A DNA stretch of 64,000 nt. Source: the human T2T-CHM13v2.0 reference genome, Homo sapiens. The translations under genes were made by a program, and so were the position numbers. The stretch lies in assembly GCF_009914755.1 (NCBI RefSeq), contig NC_060945.1; one strand, given 5' to 3'. Every line of letters begins with the position of its first letter. Within the stretch, counting starts at the first letter, position 1. The notes beneath the pieces were generated by a model. That model ran no database searches, had not been told where the DNA came from, and worked only from the letters and a program-made list of their open reading frames with translations. This document shows, one piece after another, positions 50,723-64,000 of the stretch.

Positions 50723-51797
50723 GACCCTTCTGCCTCTGTCCCCCAACCCTACAGCATATGTAATTTCCAAATCCCCATCAGTGCAATTTTAAGATTCAGA
50801 ATGACTCTAGAAGAAACCAAAAAAATAAAAGTCAAAAAACTAGAACAAGGCTGTTGCCACTATCAGCTGACTACGTAGCTAATGAGCTCATGGCCATGGG
50901 GGTAGGAACTACTTTGGAGCCTAATTTTTTCCGTACATGTGAGAAGCTCTGAATTGACCCCAAGGCGTTCTAGCTAAAGTCATCTTCCTTTAGGTTGTGG
51001 TCATGTGTTTATAGGGTCTGTCTACATTTGATATCTGCTCCTGGCTGTTCCTCTAACTACACAGCCTCCCAACACAATCAGATGATGGTTTAAGAGAAAC
51101 AGTCTTTGACGGACTAAGCCCATGCCTTGCCCAAGTCCACCCATATCACTGTGGTTTCCTCATTCATGTGAATATTATAGGTTAAAGTCAGGGTTCAGGG
51201 TCTAGAAGCAGGACATGAAGTATAAAAAGAGACATCAGAATTACTGGAACACTAACATATGAATGAGTATGCGCAAATGCTATTACATGGTGAGCAAACA
51301 TAAGATAATTCATTTCATGAAATAAGCTTAGTTGCCAAAACCATGTTTAGTCGGAATCTTTTTTTTTTTTTTGCAGCCATGTGATTTTTCAAATTATCTT
51401 CTGTGTGAGTATCAATAATTGTAAAAACCAGTCAAACATTCCTTCCTTTGGACTTTACCCTCCTGTAACTGAAGTGCTTGATCTAACCTTTGACATAAAA
51501 TCAGGCTAGTGTCACAGAGTGGGGCTGCACCTACTGTTCTCAAAAACATCTATGGAGAAGAGTGGCAGAGTGCTGTTATTTCTAAAAAGGAGAGACTAAA
51601 TAAATGGTTTTAAAATAAGCACAAGTTACTACTACTTTGCTTATTTTTGTTACAATTGCTCAATAATAGATGTGATTGATAATATGATAATATAGATAAA
51701 TCAGGAGCATTCTACTTAAATGGGTCTCTTCCCCAGGAATAATTATTTTCTAGAAGGTTGTGCCTGAAAAGGTTGGTGTAGTTGGGTGCTGTATTTC

Positions 51798-52080
51798 TTT
51801 CTTTCTTTTTTGGAGATGGAGTCTCGCTCTGTCAACCATGCTGGAGTTCAGTGGTGCGATCTTGGTTCACTGCAGCCTCCCACTCCCGGGTTCTAGCAAT
51901 TCTCCTGCCTCAGCCTCCTGGGTAGCTAGGTTTACAGGCATATGCCACCACGCCTGGCTAATTTCTGTATTTTTAGTACAGACGGGGTTTCACCATGTTG
52001 ACCAGGTTGGTCTCGAACTCCTGACCTCAGGTGATCCACTTTGGTCTCCCAAAGTGTTAGGATTACAGGCGTGAGCCATA
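51798..52080 (-). mobile_element. AluS, slightly 5'-truncated
   Basis: Perfect 13-bp TSD GGTGCTGTATTTC (51785-51797, 52081-52093). Confidence 0.96.
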
Positions 52081-53297
52081 GGTGCTGTATTTCATCTTAA
52101 CTTCTGTTTCTGATGACCAGGTAAAGACGACATAATAAAAGAACTAGGGACTACATTGACAATAGGGCATGAAGAAAATTCTTATACTCTAGCCTTGCTC
52201 ATTTTGTTGCAATAAAAACAAACAAACTGAACAATGTGATATGTTTCTGGAATAGGTGGAGGAAAGACAATGGCTTTTTTCAGACAGAGGTGTTGCATTT
52301 ATTTGAGTTAATCCTGAAGTTCTCTGAAATTTGGCAATGGTAGTTTTATGTTTCAATTCGGTGACTGCTGTTTAAACTGCAGGATTGATGCACAAATGAT
52401 CCATAACACATTTTGGCATATTAAATCATCTTCACAGTTCTAATACATCATGAAACCCAATTTACATATAACGTAGGCACAGAAGATGAAAAGCTGAGAA
52501 CAGACCCCTGTTTCAAAAGGCATCAGGCACACTACTTTATTTTCTTGAAGCTCCAGTAACTTCTATAAATCCATCGCTGGAAAAGGTTATTAAACTGCCA
52601 GGCCCTTCTTCTGTCTTCTCAATCTTTAATTCCCCTCCTCTTCTCACATGCCATATGGAAACTCTTCTCTCCCCCTCCCATTTTTTTTTCATTTTTATTC
52701 CACAGCTCCTTTCCCTTGAGCTGAATCTCTCAAAGTCATGGACCATGATAAACATAATTTTTCTCTTTCTGTTTAAACTTGTAATGTATTTGGATTTTAC
52801 AATTTTATTTATTTATTTTTGTCTATGGTAGCTGTGACATAGCAATAGATGTAGTGGACAAGAAGGCAGCTTCATCAGATTCTGGATCTGATCTTAGAAA
52901 TGTAGCACCTGGATAATAACACAAGGTCAAAGTGTGACCAGTAGGCACGATGTGCCATTATGTCATAATATCAATTTCTACTGTCATTATAGACAATAGA
53001 CTTTCAGCCTACCATCCAGGTATTATGAGCTATATGGTATACAGCCAAAGACATCACAGGATGGACAGAGTGCAAAAACTGGCTTCCACCACATCTCAGA
53101 ATAAATAATTCCTTTGAATTAGATCAGTAAATATTAAAATATTACTTAATCATGTCTCTTAGAAAAAATAATGAGAATGTTTTATGTTCTATTAGAATTA
53201 AAATCAATGTCCTCTACCATCATTGTCAGTTGCTTGGCACTAGATAAAAAAGGCATTGTGTCTGCCAAAATTTTCCTTTCCTCCAGGGTCCTTAGAT

Positions 53298-53510
53298 CAG
53301 GGTTTCTCAACTTTGGCACTATGTGCGTTTTGGGGTAGATCATTATTTGTTTTGGAGGTTTGTTTGGAGGTTGCAAAATAGTTAGCAGTATGCTTGGCCT
53401 ATGCTTCCTATGTGCCAGGAGCATCCACTGTAGTTGTGACACCACAAAAGTCTCTAGACATTGTCAAATATCTCCTGAGGTGCAAAATCTCTCCCAGTTG
53501 AGCACCACCG
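53298..53510 (-). mobile_element. MER20, full length
   Basis: CAGGGTTTCTCAAC...CCAGTTGAGCACCACCG; 8-bp hAT-type TSD CCTTAGAT / TCCTAGAT. Confidence 0.92.
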
Positions 53511-53614
53511 TCCTAGATCTATAAGGCATGGATCTTTCATCTCCTATTTCTTTTTCTCCTCTTGTTTTATGCTCCAGGCTAATCCCTGCCCCAAGCGATA
53601 TCTACCTGTCCCCA

Positions 53615-53695
53615 CCTCCCCACATCCTCTTGGTTTTCTGAAATAGATTAATAACAGACCCTCTCCACATCCTCTTGGTTCTCTGAAATAGATTA
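53615..53695. repeat. 36-bp direct duplication, period 45
   Basis: CCACATCCTCTTGGTT(T/C)TCTGAAATAGATTA at 53620 and 53665. Confidence 0.92.
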
Positions 53696-54099
53696 TTGGT
53701 TACCTGAAACTATCTTTGAAATGCCTGTGTAAACCACAACAGATTCCCTTGGGCCTCAAGGGAGTCACAGAAAAGTCTGAAGCAATGTAGAAAAAAATAA
53801 AGTAGCTAGAAAGTGTGAGGAATGTCTGTCTAGCTCTCTAGGTTGCTGTATTGGGGAATCAAGTTTACATTGGCTGCTAAGGTTTGACTATCTGGGACAA
53901 TTTGAAAGTAATATTATGGGGTTAGCTTGAAACTCCCCTGAAGAATAAAGGACCCAAGTTTATATCCCACAAAACTTTTCTTCTTGTGGAAGCTTAAAAC
54001 TCTTATTGATTTCCTATGAAAATTATTCACCTTGGATATTCCATAACCTTTAAAAATTATCTAAACCTTCTAAGTCCCACCCTGCTTGGCCTACTTACT

Positions 54100-55040
54100 T
54101 TCAGCAGGTGACCACATCTTTGATTTTAAACTATGGAAATTGAGGAGAAGATCCGACTCACCCTGACATCAGCTTTCTTTTTAAAACTTCTTCCTTTGTT
54201 CCTTAAAATATCTCTTTTTCCTACCTCTCAGCTACACTCATCATTTCCCCATTCCTTCCCTTTACTTCTTATGGTTGTCTCCGGTTTCATTGGCTGAGAT
54301 TGTTCTCCTTTTTAAAACTAGCCCCTCGAACTGTATCTATGACCTTCAGCCTCTTATTATCTGCTTTCTTTACATCTTCCAAAGATGGTACCATCTTATT
54401 GGTACCTTTTACTTTTATTGGTACCTTCCACTGAGTCTACAAATATCACTGCCCGGCTTACCAGTTTGCCTATCCATTACCACAAGCTTTTCTCTCGTAG
54501 TCTCTCCATCTCCTTTCTGTCTTTTCTCTTTCCTTTCCTTTTCTCCCAACAGATGTCTCAAAAAAATAACCTATGCTCCTCACTTTAACTCTATGCCTCC
54601 CACACCTTGAATCTCTTGCATGGTTGTTTCTATCTTCACAAATATGCTGAAATTGTTCTTGCTGTTTAACAGTGACAATTTAACCATTGAACCTATGGAA
54701 TTTTTAAGCCTTAATATTTGGAGATTTGACACTATGGTCACTTTCTCGGTTTTTCAAACGTTCTTACATCCTCCTGATTTTTTATCTGTTACCTTTACTG
54801 TTTCTTTTCCCTGCTCTTGTCGCCTAGTACTCTAGGCAAATTAACTCAAGCTTCAGATGTCTGCTTTTCTGTCTAATGTATCCAGTCCTGAACACCACTT
54901 CCATTCAGAGATGCCAATGTTGTTATAAAAATAAATTTAGTGACTTCCTCTTAACTTAGAAGTGGCATCCATTCTCCTCTTTATATGATTCTTTTTTCAG
55001 AGTGGGACAATGTCTTTAATCACCTAGAGTGGAACCTTTG
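54100..55040 (+). mobile_element. L2 ORF2 relic
   Basis: Peptide SPVSLAEIVLLFKTSPSNCIYDLQP resembles the L2 pre-RT segment PVS..EV..LL..P.TC.LDP.P; ATTTGACACTATGGTCAC (FDT.) downstream. Confidence 0.7.
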
Positions 55041-56337
55041 GAACTTAGAGACCTATTTGGCCCAAGCAACAGGGCTATAATTTCATGATCCTACCAGACC
55101 CTTTATTATAAATACTGATGCTAAGCTGAAAGGAAGTAGAAGTTTTGGAAGGGGGGCATATATTAGAGCAGGAATTTTTGCCAGCAGGAGTCTATTATAT
55201 AGATATAACAGTGTGCATGTGCAAGGGTGGGTGATGGGGAAGAAATTGGCAAATCATGAGTAATATTTAAAAACGTAAGTCAAAAGTAACTATATATAAT
55301 ATCTAGAAATTTATAGATCAGTGCAAAAATCATCCAGGAGATTGAAATTAGCTCTGGAAAAAGAAAAATTGAAGGATCTGATGAAGCCTGATTTAATTGT
55401 AGTAAGTATTTAGAATTCATCGACCCTTTAAATTACGTACGTGTAAATAAAATCCGCATACCTAACTAATAAGCAATATCATCAGCATTAATAGTTAACT
55501 ATGAGAAATAGAGAAGAATGCAGGATGTAACATAAAGAAAACTTCTTGCTGTGTAGAAGCTTTCTGGGCTAGATGGAAGAGTCTGAAAAATGAGGAAGGG
55601 AAGAACAAATGAGATGAGATGCCAGCTAGGTGCTGATTCTCTTGATCAGTCTATATATTTGAAAGCCATGGGGGTGGGTGGAGACCATGAGATGGCTTGG
55701 GAATCTTGGCACTAAGATTATTAAGTCATTAAGAAAGAATATGTTCCATTTTCCACTGGGAGCGTTGGTTGCCTCCCTTCCACCTTGGCAGCCACAGCAA
55801 AGTAGAAATGGTATGTTAGGCAAAGAACAGGGCCTTAAGATATTCCCTCCACCTCAGTTGGCATGGTATTTTGTAGAAGGAAGGAGAAAAGTTCTTACCC
55901 TGAGATCTTTTCTGGGCCTCACTGGGCCTCATATTTTAAGGGGGTATATATTGGTCTTTTTCTGATCAAGTCCTGCCCTACCGGACCAGAAGTCCATTGG
56001 AACAAAGGGACTTGCCCATACAGAACTTAACTCCCTCCCACCATTCTAGGCCATGCTCTGGACACTTGAGATCCTAGAAACTCTGCCAAGACTGCCCTCA
56101 GCCTGTATCTGGACTTTGTGTGTCTCTTCCTGGGTCTATTGCTGGAGGGTAAGTCATAGCACCAGTGTGTAAACTCCTAGATCTGAGGGGTGGCCAAGAA
56201 GTGGTTATTTGTGTGTGTGTTGGGGGAGGGGAGGTGGTTGCCATGGGGTAAACATGGGAGCTTAAATATGTGTGTGTGGGGGGGATTTCCACACAAGTGT
56301 GCTTAGGGTCATGGGGAGAAAAACTAGAGATGGGAAA

Positions 56338-56697
56338 TGTATTAATCCGTTCTCATGCTGCTATGAAGAAATATCTAATGGGTAATTTATAAAGAAGAGA
56401 GGTTTAATTGACTCACAGTTCAGCATGGCTGGGGAGGCCTCAGGAAACTTAAAATCATGGTGGAGGGCACCTTTTCACAGGGGGGCAGGAGAGAGAATGA
56501 GAGCCAGCAGTGGAAATGCCAGACACTTATAAACCATCAGATCTCATGAGAACTCACTCACTCTCATGAGAACAGCATGTGGGAAACCACCCCCATGATT
56601 CAATTACCTCCCACTGCGTCCCTCCCATGACTCATGGGGATTATGGGAACTACAATTCAAGATGAGATTTGAGTGGGGACACAGCCAAACCATATCA
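56338..56697 (-). mobile_element. THE1 (D-like) solo LTR, full length
   Basis: TGTATTAATCCGTTCTCATGCTGCTATGAAGAAATA...GGGGACACAGCCAAACCATATCA; GAAA on both flanks. Confidence 0.95.
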
Positions 56698-56699
56698 GA

Positions 56700-56964
56700 A
56701 AGACAATGCAAAATGGGTCATAAACTGGGGTTTGCTTTCCCCCTGCCAAGACATTTCAGCATAGAACGACAAGTAATCTAATAATTCTAAATTAAGATGA
56801 CCTAAGTCATTATAAAAGTATACTTGTCAAGGTAAAAGTATAGAATGTATTTTATTTCACAATTTGTTTGCTCAATTAATAATATGCAAATATTTAGAAT
56901 TACCATATGTAGACCTCCATTTGTGCTTTTGCCCTGAGCCCTGCAAGTGTTATATGGCTGGCCT
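56700..56964. mobile_element. Probable hAT-Tip100-type DNA-transposon end (MER115/Zaphod-like); may continue left of the THE1
   Basis: CCTCCATTTGTGCTTTTGCCCTGAGCCCTGCAAGTGTTATATGGCTGGCCTG resembles recalled Tip100-family termini. Confidence 0.45.
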
Positions 56965-57260
56965 GGAGGAGAGATTCAGAAGCTGCTCCAGCAGTCAGTG
57001 GCGAGTGCTAGCATGCTGGGAAGGTCTGTGGACTGCAAGATGTTGGGATCAAGATAAAGGAGGAACAATGTTCAGACCTTGTGACTGGAGGCCAAAGCTG
57101 AGAGCAGCTTGTGGGTGTGAAGGTCAAGCAGGACTAGTTACAGCAACTGCAGCAAATGTAGCAAGGGCAGAGGCCAATAACCAACACACAGAGGCCATGC
57201 AGCAGGAGACAGTTCGGGCTTCTAACAAGAATCTGGAGGAAGAAATGAAGGTCAGACCCG

Positions 57261-57261
<1 letters not shown>

Positions 57262-57308
<47 letters not shown>
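57262..57308. repeat. (CA)23 microsatellite
   Basis: Seen directly. Confidence 0.99.
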
Positions 57309-57310
<2 letters not shown>

Positions 57311-58779
57311 CCCACGTGGCACTGTGGAATTAGATGAGATCCTTTTGTACCCTGTAGGTAGGAGAAAGGAGAAATAAATCTTTTGAGAGGTTAGAGCAGC
57401 CACACTAAACAGATTAAACTATGAATTGAATAACTTTAAAACTTAAATGTGAATTAACCTTTAACCCAAAGAGAATATTTTAAACAGGTTGTAATTGGAT
57501 AAACTACCTTAAAGATACATAATATTATTATTATTATTTTGCTAGTGATTAAAGAGTGATTCAAAGGTCTGCTATGGAAACATAGCACTGTTACATTTCT
57601 GTGCATTGGATTAATTAATGTAAACTAACTATTAATACCCTGCAATATAGACTCATGGATAACTTCCTGGAGAAACTGCACTGGGTCCTTGTCAGGGTAC
57701 AGTATGAGATTAATCCCATGACTATATACCTTGGTAGCAAATAGCTCATTATATCCAAGCTGTAGATGAATTCTAACTTCAAAGGATAACATAAAGGACA
57801 CAAAGACATTTTAAGGTTCACAGTTTGGAGTTCCTTGCCTTAGAAAGTAAGATAGAAAGTTAAGGCTGCTTTCTGAGAGCGTTTTTCTAGGGACTACTAC
57901 CTCCTAGGCCTTGACCAGTCCTTGTGAGCCCCAGACACACTGTGAGCCAAGAGATGTGACAAGAGGAAAGATCCAAAGTTGTTAGGCAAAGAGAGCAATG
58001 CCTGCTGGAGGCAGTTCTATTGCATTATTTGAATTGAATCTGATCAACAGAGAACTATTCTGTGCACTCAACTACACAGTATTAAGACATTATAAATATA
58101 TGGGCTTTTTGTCAAAATTTCAGATCTACCTATCTGATTGTTCTGATTTCTTGACTTGATGGTGTGGATGACAGAGAAAGGGAAATTAACCTACAACATG
58201 ATTACTTACTTCATTTTTATTATTTTTCCTCTTGAGAAGGCTAAGGATGTCAAGAATGTTACTTGCTCTTACAGTGTTTCATAAAAGACCCTGAAAATTA
58301 AAGTAGTTTTAGAAACTATACATAGCTCCAACCCACAGCACTGGAAATATATTACCCTCTAGCAGTAATAGCATATAAGTGTTTAATAAGTGTTAGTTGA
58401 ATGAATTTGTTGAATACGTAGGTAATAAACACACATATAGACATATACTGCATAAAAGTCAAACATCAAAAACTCGTGGGATATATTTGGTAAAATAGAT
58501 AAACTCAGGATTTGGGATCTGGTAACTCCCATAATTTCTTAGACACTGTGTAGAAAATGCCTTTTTTACTATGTGTGTTTCTTGCACGAATTCATCTTGA
58601 TCAGGGAAGGTACTGTAATACATTGTGGGAAGAGTTTTAGTTGGCCAGTATACAAGAGGCCAGAAGATCAATTCATTGCAACCCCACCATATGAAAGCCT
58701 TTTCCTGAAAATCGTGGAGATACCACAACCATTTTGTCTTCAATTGAGGGGGAAAGTATGAAAATATAAAAAGCATGAA

Positions 58780-59700
58780 CATCAAACCTGGGGGAGATTT
58801 AATAAGGCATGAAGTGGTTTTGGTGGAGCATTGCATCAGTTGCTGGTAAGGTCCCATGAAAGGACTGTCAAGCAGCATGGAGGGCCCAATGAGGACAGAG
58901 ACTACAAATCCTTGGTGGCACCATTTCACATAGTGGTGAGATTTTCTCCAGCAGCACTCAGCAACTGGTGTTTAGGGCATTGGAGATAAATTAATGACTG
59001 GAGTTGTTGGGGCTTCACTGGGTGGATATACTGCATTGAACATTTTAGGGAGTGACAGGTTGTGGCTAGCTTGGCAGGAGAGTGCTGGCTGATTGAGAGA
59101 AAATGGAACAGTGGTACAGGCCTGCATTTGGTCAAAAGTAGGCATGGGGTGAGTAAGGGATGGAGAGAGCTGAAATGGTGAGAGGTTATGGTCCATGAAT
59201 GGATACTGGCATTTAACAGGCATAGAGCATTTCATAATGATGTCAAGGTCTATTACACAGCCATGTATGAGCCAAGCAATTGGAAATGGAAGATCTGAAG
59301 TTAAAGATATCATGGAACTATGAGGAAAATACATCAAATATGTCACCTAGATGTCTAATTAAATTACCTGGGATGAGCAGAAATTGGGAAGCTGACAAGT
59401 TGAAAGGACATATGTGACTCAGGTGCCCAAACTGGAGGTTAGTAAAAGGTACCAACAAGATGTACAGCTAGTTGACATCAGCCCCAAAGGGCAAATTTTT
59501 GACTTGCAGAGGAACAATAGGGTAGTGTAAAAGCTTCATTGGTGGGCACAGGAGATACTAGTACTCCTCTCTTCATTAGAAAGGTCTGCATGGGAAATCA
59601 GCTTTCAGCTGAAGCAAGAAGGTGGCAGAAGCATGCTGTAAAGAGATTTGCAATGGAGGGTTTTGTGCCATAGAATGCAGGTTGCAGAAGCCCCAACTGG
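58780..59700 (-). mobile_element. L2 relic including an APE-endonuclease remnant; limits uncertain
   Basis: The minus frame reads HGCVIDLDII..CS....YPFMDHNLSPFQL, resembling L2 EN GHTLDLVI....PLSDHxLLSFQL. Confidence 0.6.
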
Positions 59701-60236
59701 AAATGGCAGGAAGAAATGGACAGGCAGAAAAGTGAGGTTTTGGACTGAGAGTAGGGGAGAGGGTAGATGGTCAAAGGGACTTGAATATTGGGCAGGGACT
59801 GAGAATCAACAGGAATGTGAGGTCTGGTAGGATTAGCTGCTTTCTGGGATCTAAGTGGAGCAAAGGTACAAATTAGCTTCTGTGCCAGTGTTGGCTCAGT
59901 CCATAGAGGGTGTTGTCAGAGGCTTCATGATATTAGCAAATTGTGTTTTTTTTCTCAGTTACCCAAACAGAATCTTGGTGGGAAGCTTTTGTGGTGCCTC
60001 TGAAGAGATCATTGTTCAGCCATACACAGATAAAGAGTGAGTGTCCTCTGGGGGCAGGATGGCTCTGAATCCTCTCAAAAGGCAACTATGGCCTGACTCA
60101 GTAGTCCTTTTGAAGAAATCCTAGCCAAGGATGAAGGGACAAGTCTAGTTTCGCAGCTGAGAGAAACAAGCTTAGTTCTTAAGTGCAAGTGCAGCTATAG
60201 AAAAGAAACTATATCATTGATGTGAAGCTAACTCCT

Positions 60237-60598
60237 TGATATGGTTTGGCTGTGTCCCCACCCAAATCTCATCTTAAATTGTAGCTCCCGTAATTCCCAT
60301 ATGTTATGGGAGGAACCTCGTGGGAGATAATTGAATCATGGGAGCACTTTCCCCCATACTGTTCTTGTGGTAGTGAATAAGTCTCATGAGATCTGATGTT
60401 TTTATAAGGGGTTTCCCCTTTCGCTTGGCTCTCATTCTCTCTTGTCTGCCACCATGTAAGACGTGTCTTTCACCTTCTTCCATGATTGTTAGGCCTCCCC
60501 AGCCACATTGAACTGTGAGTCCACTAAATCTCTTTTTCTTTATAAGATACCCAGTCTTGGGTATGTATTTATCAGCAGTATGAAAATGGACTAATACA
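60237..60598 (+). mobile_element. THE1 (B/C-like) solo LTR, full length
   Basis: TGATATGGTTTGGCTGTGTCCCCACCCAAATCTC...GGACTAATACA; perfect TSD CTCCT. Confidence 0.97.
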
Positions 60599-61619
60599 CT
60601 CCTGGAAAAGACTTTTCAACCCTACTACCCCCACAATGCCATGAGTGTTCTGGATGAAATAGTACTTCTTTGTTGTGTAGTATAAATGAATTTGGAATAA
60701 ATATACATGGATTTAAAATAATACATTAATTTAAATTCTCCAGGTAGAACTACTTTGATGGAAATTTCCCTAAAAAAGCAACAAATGATTTGCCTCTGCA
60801 TCTAATCAGCCAATCAGACACTCCCATGCTGATTACTTAATGAACTGGAATTTTAATGCAAAACTTTGTGATTATCAACAATTTTTCTGTTCCCCCTACC
60901 CCCAAAAACCCAAACACTTTCTACTTATAATTCTTAACAAATTAGTCTTTTCTTTAACCATATAAGAGCATTTGTTAATCAAAACTGAATTCCTAGCCAA
61001 ATATCTCAGAGCAGCTTGCAAAGCATGTACTCAAGCAGATAAGAAGGTGATGACTCACCAAGTGGTTCTGTATTTACTATCAAGAAGAAAATAATGCAGG
61101 TAGATGTATCAAGAGAAAATAAAAGGCCAAGGACTATTTGAGAAGTCTCGTGGCAGACTAAAGAGAGAATACAATCACATCCATCTATGGAAAAGGTTTA
61201 TTCTATTTCAACTTGCTATTTTGCTTAAATTCCAAAGGATTATCTTCACAGTGAGAACAGAGATCTAATTTTGGCTGGGGAAGTGAAACAAGGTGGTGGT
61301 TCTAGGCAGAACTTAGTGGTTTGTCATTGTACGTTTTGAAATAAATAAGAGTTCAAACTACCTTGATAGACTGTGGTACTCTAGGATACTGTCAGAGCTC
61401 TTTGCTCTGACTTTTATCTCTTAGGTAGAATTCAAATGTGGAATAAAACTGAGGAAATGTGGGATCAATGGAAGACAAAATAGTCTGTGGGCCTTAAGTT
61501 CTAAATGAAATTATTCATGGAAGGGGTCTATGTTTGTTATACAGATAGAATTTTTTTTCTAATGAAGAGACTTGTTATCTATATAATTACTTATAGAATC
61601 ACATAGCAAGTTTCATGAA

Positions 61620-61830
61620 GTAAATAAATCCTGTCTATGCCTCATTTTAAAAATAATAAGCATGATTCTTTTATAATCCATGTATTTTGGTTAGAATGAT
61701 TTTACCCTACAGAATAATAACACCTATTTCATGGGCAGAGTGTGAGAAATCTTTCAGCTGATAGATATGAAGCATGTGAAACGGCACCTAGTTCCCAGAA
61801 GTGTACAATAAACAGTAGCTATTATCACTA
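61620..61830 (+). mobile_element. MIR relic
   Basis: TATGCCTCATTTT..AATAATAACACCTATTTCATGGG..GTGTGAGAA..AAGTGTACAATAAACAGTAGCTATTAT. Confidence 0.65.
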
Positions 61831-63014
61831 ACACTCTAGATGGTAAATAATCCCCTTCTTACAAAAGAGGAGCTTGGATTTGAGAGCATTTTAGTGACTT
61901 CCACAAGGTACAAATTAAATCACCAGATTGAGAGTGCTGCCAGGTCATACTGAAATTATCTGAACTGTTTGCCTACTCCTAAATCTATTTCCAGACTCAT
62001 AAATTCAAAGCCATAATTGAAATAGACTCACATGCGGGTAGTCAGAAAAGACATTGAGCAAAATGTTATTAAATCACATTTTATAATAAATACAGCTGCA
62101 GCAGGAACAAAATTTGAGATGGAAGCCACTCATCCCATCCTGATGACTTAGATCTTTTGCTGATGTCTGGAGACTTTGCAAGAAGAAACTGTCAAGGGTC
62201 TGTTTGTAAGAACAACCAAAGACCAGCAAGGAGAGGAATTTGCTGTGAGAAAACACAGCTCTAAGGAACACAAAACTGGTTCTATAATCAGTTGTTGTCA
62301 AAGGAGAGAATTTTTGAGTAGCCTGGTGAATAGCAGTGAGTCTGCCCTACAGATCCAAACTCCCTGAGCAATCCTGTGCCTAAGGGAAGAAAAGGAAGCA
62401 ACAGAAAAACTCCAGGATCAGAAAAATCTCTATGAGATCTTGAGAGTGAAGACTAGCCCTGCACACTCAGGAATAGAATATGACATTTGTAGTGTGTAAC
62501 CTAAGTAGAATGGAAGATGGTTTTTCTCAGTGGAAGAGGTAGCTGTTAGAAAAATTGGAAATTCAGAAAACAAGAAGTAAGAGAAGCCTAAACACATTGG
62601 AAGTGGCATCAAGAGAGGTCCTGAGAGCCCTGAGCAGGAAGTCACAACTCTCTTCATCACCAGGATAGCAAAGGGGGAGCCCACATTCCATGAAGTCTAT
62701 GTTCCAAGGTAGAAGGGGGAAGTAGTAGATGCCCCGTGATAGGCAGGAGAGCTGCATTGGGTGCACACATAAAATGAGAACTTCCCCCAAAAAATTAGAG
62801 GAATTTGAGGGGGAGTCGAGTTTTTAGAATTCAGCAGGTGAGGGATGAACCAAACTCTGTTTAAACATTATTATATGGTTTAGATTTTCCTACAAACTGT
62901 GAATACACAATTAATTATTATTTTAGCTTTGTGAACAGAACTATGCTAGCACTGTGGCTATGACAGGGAGTGAAATATGGTTTTTGCTTTAAAAGACTTA
63001 CAGATTTTGGGAGA

Positions 63015-63132
63015 AATGTAAGCTCCATGAGGGCAGGTGCTTTATCTATTTTGTTCATTTGTGTACCCTAGGACACAGAGAAGTACCTGGATGGAAGAGA
63101 TGGAAGAGACAGTTATCAAATATTTACTGAAA
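63015..63132 (+). mobile_element. L2 3' end
   Basis: ATGTAAGCTCCATGAGGGCAGG..TATCTATTTTGTTCA..AAATATTTACTGAA. Confidence 0.85.
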
Positions 63133-63176
63133 TAATTTTTAAGTGATCTAAGTTAAAGAAGAATTTTAAAGAGTGA

Positions 63177-63511
<335 letters not shown>

Positions 63512-64000
63512 TAATGTATACCCAAGAAGACTGAAAACATATGTCCACAAAAAGATATTGTACACGAATGTTCAGAGCAGCTTCATTTATAATAGCCCCA
63601 AAGTAGAAATAACCCAAATGGATACAGGTGAAGAATGGATAAATAAAATGTGATATATCTATACAATGGGATATTATTCAGACATCAAAAGCAATGAAGT
63701 GCTGATTCATGCTACAACATGGGTGAACCTTGGAAACATTATGTTTAGTGAAGAGGCCAGTCACAAAAGTCCACATATTATATAATTCCATTTATATAAA
63801 ATGTCAAGAATAGGCAACTCCACAGAGACAGAAACATAAGTTGTCAGAAGGTAGGAGAAGGGCCTTGGAAAAGGGAGGGACAGCTGATGGGTGTGAAATT
63901 TCTTTTTGGGGTAATTGAAATATTCTAAAATTGATCATGATAACAATTGTGCAACTTTGTGAATATACTAAAAACCTTTGAAGTGCACATTTTAAATGAA
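63512..64000 (+). mobile_element. L1MB/MC-like 3' region (runs off the window)
   Basis: GAAAACATATGTCCACAAAAAGA..ATAATAGCCCCAAAGTAGAAATAACCCAAATG..CATGCTACAACATGGGTGAACCTTGGAAACATTATG. Confidence 0.92.

Noticed and set aside
53615-53695. CRISPR-like repeat-spacer
   Set aside because: Only two copies, a 9-bp spacer, eukaryotic context and no cas genes.
56864-57337. Longest ORF (157 aa)
   Set aside because: Starts at TTG inside a probable DNA-transposon relic and runs through (CA)23; no domain or exon structure.
60494-60506. PRDM9 hotspot motif in THE1
   Set aside because: The sequence is CCTCCCCAGCCAC, the ordinary consensus form, not the hotspot-associated CCTCCCT (CCNCCNTNNCCNC). The other two THE1 copies also lack it.

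Overview
Primate (almost certainly human) nuclear DNA. It is AT-rich and CpG-depleted, with no CpG island and no recognisable protein-coding gene, tRNA, rRNA or snRNA. The window looks intergenic or deep-intronic. It holds about 16 Alu-family SINEs (FLAM, J, S and Y grades, several with clear TSDs), many MIR and L2 relics (three still showing RT or endonuclease peptide motifs), old L1M 3' fragments, MaLR solo LTRs (three THE1, one MST, three MLT1), hAT DNA-transposon relics (two MER20, MER3, MER102-like) and microsatellites. The supplied ORFs are mostly repeat-derived or chance ORFs. I cannot identify the locus, and I found no convincing new biological system. The best leads are: (1) a cluster of consensus splice sites at 13.2-15.3 kb that could form a small spliced transcript with a 58-72 aa ORF; (2) an unexplained 146-bp hairpin capped by AP-1 sites at 46.7 kb; (3) a repeat-free, motif-dense block at 39.9-42.6 kb; (4) an AP-1 + perfect CArG module at 32.4 kb; (5) four intact DUX4-type motifs; (6) an archaic Alu with a FAM/7SL-type right arm. 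Repeat subfamily names come from recalled consensus sequences, and boundaries of old repeats are approximate.
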